Part shown: positions 18,961 to 38,302 of the stretch, piece after piece
How the letters are laid out: every line of letters starts with the position of its first letter
How positions within the stretch are numbered: the stretch's first letter is position 1
Source: Salpingoeca rosetta
Lineage: Eukaryota > Protista > Choanoflagellata
Direction: 5' to 3'
Length of the DNA: 64,000 nucleotides
Assembly: GCA_033442325.1 (NCBI GenBank)
Contig: JAWQFM010000016.1
Location: 1,283,679-1,347,678 of the forward strand
Position numbers and translations under genes: made by a program
The notes under the pieces: generated by a model
What the model saw: the letters and a program-made list of their open reading frames with translations, nothing else
What the model was told of the DNA's origin: nothing
Databases searched by the model: none

Positions 18961-19740
18961 TCAGACCTGGGACACCTTGATGATCTGTTGACATAAGTTT
19001 GGCCGGAGGATGGAAAGGGGGAAGTACATGCATATGTGTGAGTTGGCGTGGAAATAAATGAGATGAATGAGCAAGCACGCTGACAACACGGGGAAGAAGA
19101 CGGAGGGGCTCCCAGACGCACACACTACACAGACAGGCAGAGAAAATAAAACAACCAACCAACCAAACATTTCGACAGACAAACAGACAGACACAGACAC
19201 ACAGACACAGACACACACACACACACACACAGTCACACACACAGTCACACACACATACACACACATACACACAGACAGACAGTCACACACACACACACAG
19301 ACAGACAGTCACACACACACATACAGACACGTACGTCTCCCATGTCGAGGCCGGTCATGCCCTTGATCGTGTCTGGGAGCTTGTTCATGATGTTGAGGAC
19401 CTCGCCCGTGATCTTGGAGGCACCAATCTCGCCGTCGGGACCAGCAACCATCGTGATCTTGTCCACAGAGGCAAGCGGCGCAGCAATCTGACGACGACGA
19501 CGAGCAAGGAGGAGGAGGAGGAGGAGGAGCAAGGGTTGGTTGGATGTGGATTGGATGGATGTGAGCAAGTGAACGCGGTTAGAGGCGCGGCATTGAGCAC
19601 GAGAGGCGATGCAGAGGGAAGCTGTGAATACACAGCCGCACACAGACACACACACACACGCACGCACACACACACACAGACACACACACACACACACACA
19701 CAGACACAGAGAGACAGACGGACAGACGGACAGACAGACA

Positions 19741-19777
<37 letters not shown>

Positions 19778-20302
19778 ACCTCTGCGGCGACGCGTGGCAT
19801 CGTCTTGAGGACCATATCGAGCATGGCGGCGGATCCGTACTTCTCAAACGCCTCGGCCTGCTTCTGCATCGCCTCGGCCTCGGCCTGCGCTTTCGCCTGG
19901 ATCGAGTACGCATTCGCCTCGCCGCGCGCCTGATGGTGGTGTCGGTGGTGGATGGCATGACGTAATCGCATGTGAGGATGACGCGTGGAAAGCAAGTGGG
20001 CATCTCAAAGGCGGTGACAATGGACCGACACGAACAGACACACAGTGGAACCACAAGCCCGGCAGCAACCCCCCTCCTCTCCCAAGACCAGTAGCAGTAA
20101 CAGCAAGTGCAGAGACGTACGCGAATGGCCTCGGCCTTTGCCTCTGCCTCGAGGATCATCCTGTTCTTCTCGGCCTCAGCCAGCGTCTCCTGCCGATACT
20201 TCTCTGCAATTGCCGGTTTGCGCACCTGCGCCTCGAGCTCCCGCTCACGACGCACAATCTCTTGCTCCATCAGCTGCACCACAGACAAGCGTCAAGGGTG
20301 AG

Positions 20303-20368
<66 letters not shown>

Positions 20369-21019
20369 GTGTGTGTGAAGGTGTGTGTGTGTGTGTGTGT
20401 GAAGGTGTGTATGTGTGTGTGAAGGTGTGGACCAGCAGAAGCAGATATGGAAGCGAGATGAATGTATGGTGTCTTTGGGCACGGACGTTGATCTGCTTCT
20501 GGCGCTCGATGATCTTCACCCCGACTTCCTCGTGGCGAATCTTCTGGTGCACTTTCGCAGCCTGGCCGCACACACACACACACACATGCACCGACGTGTG
20601 AGAAGAATAAACGTTGCTGGCCATGTGAAAGAAGCAACGTTTGTCCAAACGCAAAACACACAGCTTCCACACAAGCGTATGCATGTACACGTGAATACGC
20701 GCGTGTGGACGCACCTGGAGGTCCTTTGCGAGGTTGGCGGTGGCCTGCTGTGTCTTGACCTGGATGTCGTACTCGGCCTGCTTCAGGTTGTAGTCGCGCT
20801 GTAGACCCGCAAACAGTGGTAACGCGTGACAGAGGAGAGGACGGCAGGTGAACACAACCAGCGATGAGTCGAGGGATATGCAGTGGCAGATTGACATGCA
20901 CACGATGTGTATGTGTATGTGTGTGTGTTGGAGCAGTGCAAGGCGCCTGCACTGTGTGCAAACAGACCCACTCATTCACTTACACACCAATCACCATCAC
21001 CACCACTTCTACCGACAGG

Positions 21020-21050
<31 letters not shown>

Positions 21051-21641
21051 CTAGCACCCCACACAGAGAAAACAAACAAACAAACAGATGGATGCAACGG
21101 TTGGGGGGGGGGGGACATCACCTCAGACTCTGCGATGGCCGTCTGGTTCTTGTAGCGGGCGGCCTCCTTCGCCTGCATCGCAAGCGCCTCGCTGATGCCT
21201 GGCGAGGAGATCGGATGAAATGATGGTGGTGGTGGTCGTGGTCGTGAGTGCAGCATGAAGCAAAGAAACGTATGGGAAGCTAGTCTTGAGCATCTAAAAG
21301 AAGGAGCAAACGCAGGCAGACAGACGCACACATAGACACACAGACAGCCACACGCAGACACACCGGCACCACGCCAATGGGGGTGTCATACGAAGGGTAC
21401 TGACCAGCGTCTCTGCGGGCCTCGGCCTGACCAATGCGCGCATCGCGCTGCACCTGCGCCGTCTGGGCCTTACCCAGCGCAGACAGGTACCTGGGGAGGG
21501 GGGGGGGGTTGGATTGTGGGTGAGAAAGTGAGTGTGGAGGAAAGGAGGTGAATATAGAGAAGTCGCTGAATGACATGTGCAGCACGGCAGCAGATCAAGG
21601 GCGCCGTTGCTACAAGTCGGCACACACACACACAGACACAA

Positions 21642-21672
<31 letters not shown>

Positions 21673-22345
21673 TACACACAAACACACGCAATATGAGCAC
21701 GACGCACCCGACTTCGTCGCTGATGGACTGGAGGGTGTATGAGACGATGGTGACACCCATGTTGATGAGGTCGCGCGACGCCACCTCAAACACCGCCGTG
21801 GAGAATTTCTGGCGGTCCTGGTAGATTTCCTCAACAGTCATCGTGCCTGCCAGTTGGGAGAAGTGTGCGTGTGCATGTGTGTAGGTAGTGTGTGAGGGAG
21901 TGAAGGAGAGTTGCGGAGAAGGTCATAATCGTTGCATGCACACCTTCACACGCACAAACATACAGACACAGACAGACAGACAGACAGACACACACACACA
22001 CACACACATTCGTACCCATGATGGCGCGCTGGTGGCCTTCGAGGGTCTCCATGATGACGGATTTGACCTGCTGCTCTGTTTTGCCGAGGAACTGCTGGCA
22101 CGCATGCGCCAACATCTCTTCCTTCGTGCTTTCGATTTTCACCTGGTTGGTGTTGCAGACAACACAGGCGTCGTGACCCAACAGCAAACGAAAACGCAGC
22201 CAAGTGGAGCACAGTGCATCCACCCCCAGCGCAAAACAAGCTCATAGCATCCAAAGCAAAAGCCAGCAACACCCGACAACGCAATTTGGTGGAAAAAGGC
22301 TGTTGAAGCACACACACCCACACAGACCCACACAGACCCACACAG

Positions 22346-22417
<72 letters not shown>

Positions 22418-23228
22418 CTGAGCCATGCCCTGGACGCTGATGGGCACGCCCATTGCGGTGTAAATCTTGGGCGACTCAACGGTCAGAGTCATCAGGTTGA
22501 GGCTGATGCTGTTGGTGCAGACGATTGATGCAAGGGTGGTTGCGTTGTAGCGGCGCACCATCAGCCAGTGCAGCACGCAAATTGGTGTCGTAGCGTGAGT
22601 TGTTGAGATGCATGATAAAGACGTGGTGGACTGCATGAAACAACACGATTAGCAGGCGTCACAACAAACAAAACAAAAGCACACCAAGGGACGAAAGATG
22701 AACGCCAATCGCAGACAAACAACGTCGAGCACCCAAATATACATACACATACACATACACACATACACACACATCCATCAACCAAACACGTCCATCAGCC
22801 AAACACGTCCAGGAACCTTCAGCCTGTCAACACCCTGAGCCAAAACACCAACTTGACACCGCACAGCACTGACCGCTGGATCTTCTGAATAAAAGGCCAC
22901 ACAAAGACGCGGCCACCAGGAATCAGCCGTGGTCGTGACAGGCACAGGCCTACGATCGACGCGAGACGCAAGGAAGTGGGGTTGATGGGGGCGATGAGTC
23001 AACATGGCGGGTCTGGACTGCCACAAGCACCAACAAGCACCAACAAGCAGGCACAGGCAAAGAGCAAGTAGGAACAAGCAAGAAGCGTATTGGCGAGCAA
23101 ACAAAACTAACTAACAAACAAACAAACAAACACAGAATCAGCAAGGGCAGCCTGCTGCGTCAAGCAAGCCATGGTTTCGCACCTGAGACGACGAGCGCCT
23201 CGTTGGGACCAGAGGAGTAGAAGGCCAT
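18961..23228 (-). CDS. FLOT1: Flotillin-1 (SPFH plus flotillin coiled coil), ~13 exons
   Basis: [15 protein letters not shown]; [30 protein letters not shown]; [13 protein letters not shown]; [36 protein letters not shown]; [14 protein letters not shown]; [12 protein letters not shown]; [24 protein letters not shown]; last exon IIKVSQV*. Confidence 0.93.
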
Positions 23229-23722
23229 CGCTGCGGTGTACGTGGGCGGATATGGAGAGAGAGGTGGTAGATATGGAGAGGGGTGGGCGGAGTTGAGCAA
23301 GAACAGAAGACAGCAGTAGCGGAGACAGCAGAGAGAGTGAACGCTGGCCCCAATTTATGCTGTCGTACTAGACAAACATCGGGCAGGTCATCTGCCCGGT
23401 CATCATCTTCCATTTCGCCGAACGCAGGACAGAGCAGCAGTGTGCACGGTGGGTTGTGAGTGTATGTTGCTGAAATGATCATCTGTGTGCATGTGTGATG
23501 GTGAGGATGCTGCGTGTTGCTGTGTGCTGCTGTGTGCTGTGTCGAGCAGATGGGTGACTGGTGGACGCGTTGTCGTCACATCACACAATGAGGGAAAGAG
23601 AACAAGCTGGCGCACACAGCTCACACAGCCACATCTTCCATTTTTTTTTGTTTTGGTTCACTGCAATTCAGACGCAGAGCATCAGTCTTTTGAATTGTCA
23701 CATCACACACGTTGAACCGAAG

Positions 23723-28567
<4,845 letters not shown>

Positions 28568-29276
28568 GCCAAATCAGGCAGCGTGTGTGCATGCTTCGTG
28601 TCGCGTTGGTGGCAGCATGTGCACGTGGGTGGGTGTGGGATGCATGGTTGCCTGCTTGCGTTCGTTTGCTGATCAGTTTGCTGCAGACAAGCGTTGTTCT
28701 GTTCTATTTTGTTTCAATCGTGTCGTTTGTGCACCAATCAGTGTGCGCACCTGTTGTTGTGCTTTCTTGAAGGCGGACATGTGTGTGTGTGTGTGTGTGC
28801 AGGTTGTGCATGCTCTGCGAGTGCATCTCGCTGTCACGTCGCCATAAGCAACACACCACTGTGCAGTCACACTCGAACAAATGTGGCGCGCGCATGTGGA
28901 TGTGCAATCTGGAATACAAGCAAGCAAGCTACTTCTAACACGTTTACTGTTGGGGCGACGATGCTTGCAAACATCGAGTCGAGAGAAGAGAAGGACAGCG
29001 TGCAACAACTCATGCCAGCGTCATCGCACGCAGTGCAGCAGCAACAATCACAACAACCGAACCTACAATACATGACAGGAATCGAACGAAAGCGGAAAGA
29101 GCGATGTGTGGATGCTAACACACACGATGGACGACGTGTGCAACGCAAACCAGCGAAGGGAGAACGCAGAAGAGAGAGGGGGGGTCCCGAGTGGGGACAG
29201 GGGGGCAAGGGGCGCACGAGGTTGCTGATTGTGACCTCCAAGCAAGCAAGCATGAAGAGATGGGAGAGGGCATTTC

Positions 29277-29344
<68 letters not shown>

Positions 29345-29348
29345 GAGA

Positions 29349-31504
29349 TCACGCCACGGGCGCGCCCAAGACACCAAGAACGCCGCCGACGAGATGAAGA
29401 CTGCCCGTGACTATGACGTCAACACGTTTGCCACTCGCTTCGTTCTCTGCCTTGAGCTCGCGCACATGTGTGATTGCGTCCTCGATGGACGGAAACAGGT
29501 GTGTGGTTGCATCGTTGGTGCACACGCGGGCAAAAGTGTCGCGTGCTCTGCGCTGCATGCGCTGGCACGCCGTGCTGGACGCATTGTGGTTCACCTGGCA
29601 CAGCGGCAGAGGGCGAGGGAGGTGGGGTGAGTTCGTGGGAGGCAAGGAAACAGCCAGATAATGGGACGCGGTGAGGGAACAGAACAGAAAAATGGTGGTG
29701 GTGGTGGTGATGATGATGATGACAGCACAAGCGGGTGAGAGGCACATGTGCAAGGGTTTCCGTGCCACTGCCATTTGTTTACGTGCTGATGGAACATTGT
29801 CATTACATGCACGCCACCTGGTCTGCTCTGGTGGATTTGAGGGATGCGACGTTTGGACAGAAGATGCCGACATCAAAGGCGTGCTTCTCCAGGACCTGTT
29901 GCGGTGATGGAGGTGGAAGGAAGGAAGCATGCATGGAGGATGGAAACAGGGGTGGATGGATGAGTGGAAGGAAGTGAGGAAGGCTGGAAGCATGGGTCGA
30001 AGGGTGGTGAGTGCAAAGCATGTACAATCAGCATCGTTTGCAGGCACAGGAGTGATGCATCAACCACAGCAGGCACAGCAAATTATGCCAGGGCCCACAC
30101 CAGCCGCTTGCTTGCAAGCAAGGGAAGCCCCCCCCCCCCCAAGTTTTCTGTCTTGTACTCACTTGGCGCAGCAGCTGCTCTGGCTCGCGGTCACCGGTAC
30201 AGTTGAAGATGAGGACGCGAAGTGACGGCGATTTCCGGTCGAGAACACTCTCCAGCCACTCCGCCATGGCCTGATGTGTCCCGTGTGCGATGCGTTGGAT
30301 GGGAGCGCGGGCGCGCAGCGCGGGGCATGGTGGTAATGGCGTGTGTGGTGTGTGTTGCGGCATGTGTTGTGTCGCAAAGTGTACAGCGTGCACATGTGAG
30401 TGTGTGGTGCGTCAATGCGTGATGCCAGAAGTTTGAGTGGCGTTGTGGCGATGTGAACCCTGTCATGAAACATGACAAAGATGGGCAGACCCGCAGGCTG
30501 TCGTGGTACCAACAAAGGCGAATCACAACAACACCAATAACATTAAGCAACATTCAACAACATTCAACAACATTCAACAACATTCAACAGCAACAGCAGC
30601 ATATTCTACTGTCTTCGTCACCTTGCACGAGTAGGCCTGATGTTGTCCCGTGTGCGATGCGTTGGATGGGAGCGCGGGCGCGCAGCGCGGGGCATGGTGG
30701 TAATGGCGTGTGTGGTGTGTGTTGCGGCATGTGTTGTGTCGCAAAGTGTACAGCGTGCACATGTGAGTGTGTGGTGCGTCAATGCGTGATGCCAGAAGTT
30801 TGAGTGGCGTTGTGGCGATGTGAACCCTGTCATGAAACATGACAAAGATGGGCAGACCCGCAGGCTGTCGTGGTACCAACAAAGGCGAATCACAACAACA
30901 CCAATAACATTAAGCAACATTCAACAACATTCAACAACATTCAACAACATTCAACAGCAACAGCAGCATATTCTACTGTCTTCGTCACCTTGCACGAGTC
31001 GACGGTGTGTGCACCATCGAGATAATATGTGATATCGCCGTCTTGCAGCACCTGTGCCCTGCCCGGCCACGCGCAAGACTGCAGGGCTTGCGACTCAAGT
31101 GGCGTGAGCGGCTGCAGGGACACCTCCGGCAGCACGTCCTGTGTTGGGTCAGTCGCAGTCTGTGGCACGGGGTACTGGGGTTGTGGCAGTAAGGCAGGGC
31201 GGTGTGTTGGGGGGACGAAGCATGGCGCAAGGGACATGGGGAAGAGGGTGAGCAAGGGTGGCGACGATGAAGATGGAGTGAATGACAAACAGCAGGCTTG
31301 GGTATGTTGTGTTGTTTGGTTGGGATGTGCACATGGCAGTGACAAGACGCTGAAGCAAACAACGACAGCAACAGCAGCTAGCAGGGAGCGCGCAAACCCG
31401 TTGGTGACAGCACCTGATGATCTCTCGTGTACGCCTCCCACGTGCGACACAGCTGGACAGCGAGGGCAGCGTTGATGCGCTGGTGTGTCCCCGACAACCC
31501 TGGC

Positions 31505-31545
<41 letters not shown>

Positions 31546-33426
31546 GTGCGTGTGCGTGTTTGGACTGGTGAATACCAACAGACTCACATTCGCACGAATA
31601 AACAAAATTCAACACATTCACAGACCACACACACACACACACACATACACACACGCATGTACCGAGTTTGACGTCGACAGATGTGGGCGGAAGACCTGGC
31701 ACGAGATGCATGGACAGTGGCTGCAGATGTTGTGTTGGTGTTGGTGTTGGTGTTGGTGTTGGTGTTGGTGTTGGTGTTGGGGGCCACACGGCACGTCGAA
31801 GATACAATGGTCGCGACACAAGGCGGAGACACAACTGCTCGAAGGCAAATCGACACAAACACAGGCACACGAACATACCCCACGTTCATACACACACACA
31901 CACACACACACAACACACACACACACGAACATACCCCACGTACATACACACACACACACACACACACACTCGCACACATAAACACGCATGTGGTTTACCT
32001 TGCGCAGCTCTGCGGAGCGTTTGAATTCTGCGAGCGTTTCGGGCGTCTGTGGAGTGACGAACGAGGGGACACCTGGCTTGAGGACACCGCACTTTTGGTG
32101 CGCAATCTTCGTCAGCGTATCGCCAAGCACAGAGGTGTGCTCGTAGCCTGGGCCGCGACAAGAAGGGGGAGAGGTGAGGTGGAGGGTGTTGCGACTGGTG
32201 GTGGGAACAACCCAAGAGTCGTGCACGAGAGAGCGAGAACAACAACACACAACATGGTCGGCACAACTGCAAAGTCAGACAGACAGACAGACAGACAGGC
32301 AGGCAGGCAGGCAGGCAGACAGACAGACAGACAGACAAACAGACACACACACACACACACAGACACACACCCACCCACGTACACACACACACACACACAC
32401 AGACATGCTCGCGTACCGATGTGAGTGATGCCGCAGACCACGGGGTGGTCGATGACGTTGGTTGCATCATACAGGCCACCAAGCCCAACCTCCACGACAG
32501 CCACATCCACCTTCTCGGCAAGAAACACCTGCGATTTCAGATAGAGTGGGTGAGTGGGTGAGTGAGTGAGTGAGTGAGTGAATGCGTGAGTGAGTGTGTG
32601 TGTGTGAGTGCGTGAGTGAGTGAGTGAGTGAGTGAGTGAGTGAGTGAGTGAGTGAGTGAGTGAATGAGTGAGTGAACGAGCGAGCGAGTGGGTGGGCGAG
32701 TGAGTGAGTGCGTGAGTGAGTGAATGAGTGAGTGAGTGAGTGAGTGAGTGAGTGAGTGAATGAGTGAGTGAATGAGCGAGCGAGTGGGTGGGCGAGTGAG
32801 TGAGTGCGTAAGTGAGTGAATGAGTGAGTGAGTGAGTGAGTGAGTGAGTGTGTGTGTGTGTGAGTGTGTGTGTGTGTGTGTGTGAGTGAGTGCGTGTTTG
32901 TTTGTGCGCTGCTGAGTTGTTGCTCTGTTGGTGGTGCAGCAGTGCGCGGTACAAAGCTTCTATCCCAACACGAAGCTGCGGCACCTTGAGAGCGAGGAGG
33001 AATGTTGCCTTGAAGTACGTTGGGTACTTGGACACCCCATCATCGGGCCTGTCACAAGCAAACAGTGACGACACAACTCGTGAGCAATAGAGCATCCAGA
33101 TACGGACATGATTGATGTGTCCTTCCCTGTTGCAGCCACAACAACAACACACCTACAAACAGACACACAGACACACACACACTCACACTCACACAGACAC
33201 ACACACTCACACACACAGCGTACTGCGTGGCATCGTAGAGGGCACACGTGTCCTGCATGTGCTGTGCAAACTGCTGCTGGGAGATTGGAGCCCCGTTGAT
33301 GCGAATTCTCTCGCGAGCTTCAATCAAGTGCGGCGACCTGAACCGCGGGGGAGATGGGCGGCGATTTGTTGATTAACTGATGGCAGCACACGTTAAGCAA
33401 GCTGTGTCCTTGTCGTGGGCAAACCC

Positions 33427-33517
<91 letters not shown>

Positions 33518-34381
33518 CACACACACACACACGCACACATGCGGCGCATACGTGAAGAGGCCGGTCTTGAAGCCGCGAGCACGGAGCAGCGACTCGCAAA
33601 ACGCAGCAACGCTGCCTTTGCCCTTCGATCCAGCAATGTGGATAACCTGCAGCCGACGCAGGTCATCTTGCTGCGCACACGTGCAGCACTGATTGTGTAA
33701 GCTTGGTCGTGCGTTCGCATGCAAAGTACAGCAAGCCAGAACAGAACCAGCACAGACGCAGACACACGCACACGCAGACACATGCACACGCAGACACACG
33801 CACACACGCACGCACGCACTAAGCAGACCGTGCAGTTGATGCGTTGCAAAAAGTCTCGGGTAAGCGGAATGGCCTTGGTCAAGTCGATGCCGTGCTTGCG
33901 CTGTTGTTGCAACACGCTGGCGTTGGTCTGGAACGAGTTCAGCTTTTCAATGGCCTCCTGTCAAATATGAGGGCAGCGTGTGAGTGCAAGCGCACGGAAA
34001 TGCACAAGCAGTGCATGTCCATATGTGAGTGTGAGAGAGAGAGAGAGAGAGTGTGTGAGAGAGAGGGTAAGTGGGTGCGGCAGAGGTGTGCAGCAGCAGC
34101 CAAAGCATGATAGAGTGGAGCAGCACAAGCTTCCTCGTCACCACACGAGCAGCAAGGCGTGAACCAACATCGTAGGTCCAGGTATGAGAAGCCATGGCTT
34201 GTGGTGTTTGTGAATGTGCTGTTGTTGTCGTTGTTGTTGAGGAGGAGGAAGAGGTGGAAGAGGAGGAAGAGGAGAAAGCTGTGAAGTTGCGACGTAACGT
34301 TGCTGTTTGTGCACACCACAGTGGTTTTGGGTGTGCACGCGAGCGGGTAAAGCGTGCCAGTAACGGTAACAAGGGCTTCAT
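29349..34381 (-). CDS. FPGS: Folylpolyglutamate synthase; upstream ATG (34381) adds a putative mitochondrial presequence, downstream ATG at 34195
   Basis: EAIEKLNSFQTN; VIHIAGSKGKGS (P-loop); GFKTGLFTSPHLIEARERIRING; VDVAVVEVGLGGLYDATNV; GYEHTSVLGDTLTKIAHQKCGVLK; WPGRAQ..YYLDGAHT; VLIFNCTGDR; VIVTGSLHLVGGVL. Confidence 0.93.
30270..30999. repeat. Near-perfect tandem duplication (~366-367 bp unit) of an FPGS intron with flanking exon ends
   Basis: 30270-30632 and 30636-30999 are identical except for a 1-nt indel near the start. Confidence 0.9.
32547..32890. repeat. (GAGT)n tetranucleotide microsatellite array in an FPGS intron
   Basis: About 340 bp of degenerate GAGT repeats. Confidence 0.9.
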
Positions 34382-34654
34382 ACAGCTGTAAGGGGGAATG
34401 ATGGAAGTGTTTGTGTCTTGTGCTCTGTGTGTGCTCTGCTCTGTGCTCTGTGTGCTCTGTGCGTGTGGGCGGATGCACGTAAGTGGACGTGATGCTGGAG
34501 GGTGACACACACACACACACACACGCACGAAGAGCACGTTGTTGTTGGAGTTGCGAGTGACCTTAAGTGAGTGCGCAATTGGCCGTGAACTTGCTGAAAT
34601 TCACATGAAATCGTCCACAAATCTTCACGACTTTCGCTGACACGACAGATACTG

Positions 34655-35269
34655 ATGATGATGGAGCAGCTGTTGGACGTTGAGGAAGCTCACCAAGCCT
34701 TGTTCGCAGACAAAGGTGTGGTTGGCTGGTTGGCGTGTATGTGTGTGTTCCTGTGCGTGTGCGTGTGTATGTACCTGTGTGTGTGTTCTTGTGTGTGTGT
34801 TTTCCTGCGTGCGTGTGCATGTGTGTTCCTGCTTCGTTGTGGGCTCTCGATTGTTTGATGTGCGCTTATGTGTTTGTTGCTTTGTTGTTTTGAAGAGCTG
34901 CAAGGGCGTGCGAGAGTCGCACTGGAACGCGCTCGAGCTCACGCAAGGTAATCCAACAAGCAATCGCATCGTGCCTCTTTTGTCACGTGTGACGTCCCGT
35001 GCATACCATTCCATGTCGTTAGCTGAACTTGCGCTCTCGATCCTTCTCGTCTCATGCACGGCAACACCAACAACACTGACAACAACAACTACTACTGCTC
35101 TTCAGAGATGGGGACAGCACGCAACGGCCATCGCCATGGGCAGAATTGTATGCGCAGGTATAGGCAGCGTCACGCGCATATGCGTGTGTGTCGAATGGCG
35201 TGGTGGCGGCACAGCCGCCAGTGAATCGAGCAGTTGTGCTCCTGACTGCAGATGCGAAGGGCACCAGCA

Positions 35270-35310
<41 letters not shown>

Positions 35311-35314
35311 AGCA

Positions 35315-35365
<51 letters not shown>

Positions 35366-35925
35366 AATACATACACACACACACACACACACACACATAA
35401 ATACACACACGCACATAAATACACACACACACATGAATACATACACACTCGTGTGTGCAGGCGGTGCTGGATCGGTGCTTTGACAAAGAGCAAGTGTTGC
35501 TGGCAGATTCGTTTGCGGGACCCTTTGACCGCGTGCAGTCTGTGTTCGACACACTGAACACATGTATTCAACAAATTTTGGACGTGTGCCACACGGATGA
35601 CGATGTAAGGACACCCACACCTCTCTCATCGTCAATCTGAACTTTAAGTAGCTGGCATGGTGGTTGTGGTTGTTGTTTGCGTGAGAAGAAGAGGCAATGA
35701 ATCAAGTTGGACTGATGCACCGCTTCTCACATTCACGTCTGATCTGCCTTGCCTGTGTGGATACAGGACTTCAACAGCGTCGTGCAGTCGATGGAAGCGA
35801 TATTGGGGCGTGAGGTGTTTGATATCCTCTTGTGGAAGGCCGGTGAGCTCTCGTACATGTACGCAAATGCCGTTTTCGCCGACAACGCTCCAAATCTTGA
35901 AGCCTCACACGACGACCTCACCAAG
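34655..35925 (+). CDS. RIMOC1: RIMOC1/C5orf51-like (RAB7A-interacting MON1-CCZ1 subunit); 3' half missing
   Basis: RARVALER / AELYAQ/AVLDRCFDKEQVLLADSF / LGREVFDILLWKAGELSYMY resemble human C5orf51 RASAALEK / LELYTQAILDMTYFEENKLVDEDF / LGDELLECLSWRRGALLYMY. No stop codon is reached before the (TG)n at 35926. Confidence 0.7.
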
Positions 35926-35937
35926 GTGTGTGTGTGT

Positions 35938-36010
<73 letters not shown>

Positions 36011-36110
36011 CGTGCGTGCGTGTGTGTGTGTGCGTGTAAACCCCGCTTCCCTTCCCTTAGCAGCAACACCACCATCCCCCTCACTCCACCTCGCCCTACA
36101 CGCCACGTAC

Positions 36111-36649
36111 GGAGGCAGATGATCTGCTGCTGGCCAGCCCATTCGCCGTCAGCGCCGCACGTGATCGGCACAGCGTCATCTCGCGAGTTGAAGATGCTGT
36201 ACCCGGTTTCGCACGACACCTGGTGTTGGTGGTGATAATGGTGGTGGTGGTGGTGGTGGTGATGGTGGTGATGGTGGTGGTGATGGTGGTGATGATCGTG
36301 ATGGTACCGGGTGAGGGTGAGTACAACGTCATGCACGCGGCACACATTTACACACATTTACACACATGTAACACACATGTGAGCACATGCAGACACACAG
36401 ACACACATACACAGACACACACAGACACACACACGCGCACACACACACGCACGCGCACAGATACACACAGACACACACACACACACGTACAGATACACAT
36501 TTCCGCACAGATACACACACAGACACACATACACAAAAAACAATGTGCACCATGCAGGGGTCGCCGTTGAAGCGGGTGTCGCCATCACAGTTGGCCACGG
36601 CGTTGGCGGGCAGATTCGGCACAATCGTGCCGCAGTCAACCGCTGATGG

Positions 36650-36693
<44 letters not shown>

Positions 36694-36703
36694 GTGGTGA
36701 TGG

Positions 36704-36748
<45 letters not shown>

Positions 36749-37668
36749 GCACACACACACACACACATGCACACAGACATTCACACGCACACATACACGT
36801 GCACGTGGTGGCCGCACCTGGGCAGTCGATGGAGCCGACCCACTCGCCGTCAGCGCTGCACACAAACTCGGCCGTGTTGTCGCTGTAGCCAGGATTGCAC
36901 GACGCAACGCATCTGCAGGCAGTGGTAACGTGATGGTGATGACGATGAAGGTTGTCGTTGTTGTTGTTGTGTGTGTGTGTTTTGTGTATGTGTTGATGGT
37001 GGTGAGAAAGGACACGTGGGGGGGGGAACTTGTTCGTGTGACAATGAGGCAACACGAAGAAGGCATTTCAACCACAACGACGACGACAACGACGACAACG
37101 ACGACAACAGCAACAACAATGGGTGGATGAATGAATACTCACGGCTGCCCGCCGTAGATGGTGGAAGCGCTGCAATCTGCCGTCGCCAGCGGATTCAGGT
37201 CGGGAATGGTTGGTCCGCAGTCTTTCGCTGTGTCGTCAATCAGTTCGTGACATGGTGGTGTGGTGGTGTGAGAATGGGATGGAGGCGAGAGTGGTGTGGA
37301 TCAACCAAGTCATGAGGTGAACCATGATGCACACAGACATACGCACACACATACAGACATACACACACACATACGCACACGCACACAGACATACACACAC
37401 ACACACGCACACGCACACACAGAGGCGCGCATGTGTATTGGGGGCGTACGCGTGCAGTATGTGCCGTCGTCGCTGCCGTATCCAAAGTTGCAGAGACACT
37501 CGACATTTCCGCCCGTGATCTCGCACGAGGACGGGTTGCCGAGCATGTACCTGGTTGCAGTGGTGGCGGTGGGATGGTGGTGGTGGTGTTGATGGGGTTG
37601 AGCGAAGATACATTGAGCGCGCACCACCACCACCGCATCCATGAGCACCACCACCGCTCTTCTTCTTC

Positions 37669-37756
<88 letters not shown>

Positions 37757-38246
37757 GGTTGTGTGCGACTCACAGCTTGCTGAGGGAAGCGAGGTTGTCA
37801 AAGGTGCCTGGGTTGATCGTGTGAATGCTGTTCACGGCAAGATGGCTGCAAGATTGACAAACCAATCATACGAGCGGAAAAGTGGTGAGGCACCAAACAC
37901 ACACAAACACGCACACACAATCATGCATTAAACCATGTGTCTGTGTGTGTATTTCAGCGTGCGGGGACAAGACCACCAACAGCAGCAATCGCAGCAACAC
38001 AGCCACCACAACGGTCGCCCCATGAGTGTGTGTGTGTGTTGCGGACGTACAGCTGCTCAAGTTGGGTGAGCGCGTCAAACACGCCGTCGTCGATGGTGGT
38101 CAGCGAGTTGCCGTCCAGGCGGAGACTGCAACGCAAGCAGCGGACAAGGGGTGGTGGGGTGTGCAAAACGAGAACAGACGTCAGCATGAGTGCACGCAAG
38201 AGACGCTCCTGCCACGCATGACAAGCACATCCCAGACGCGACAAAC

Positions 38247-38302
<56 letters not shown>

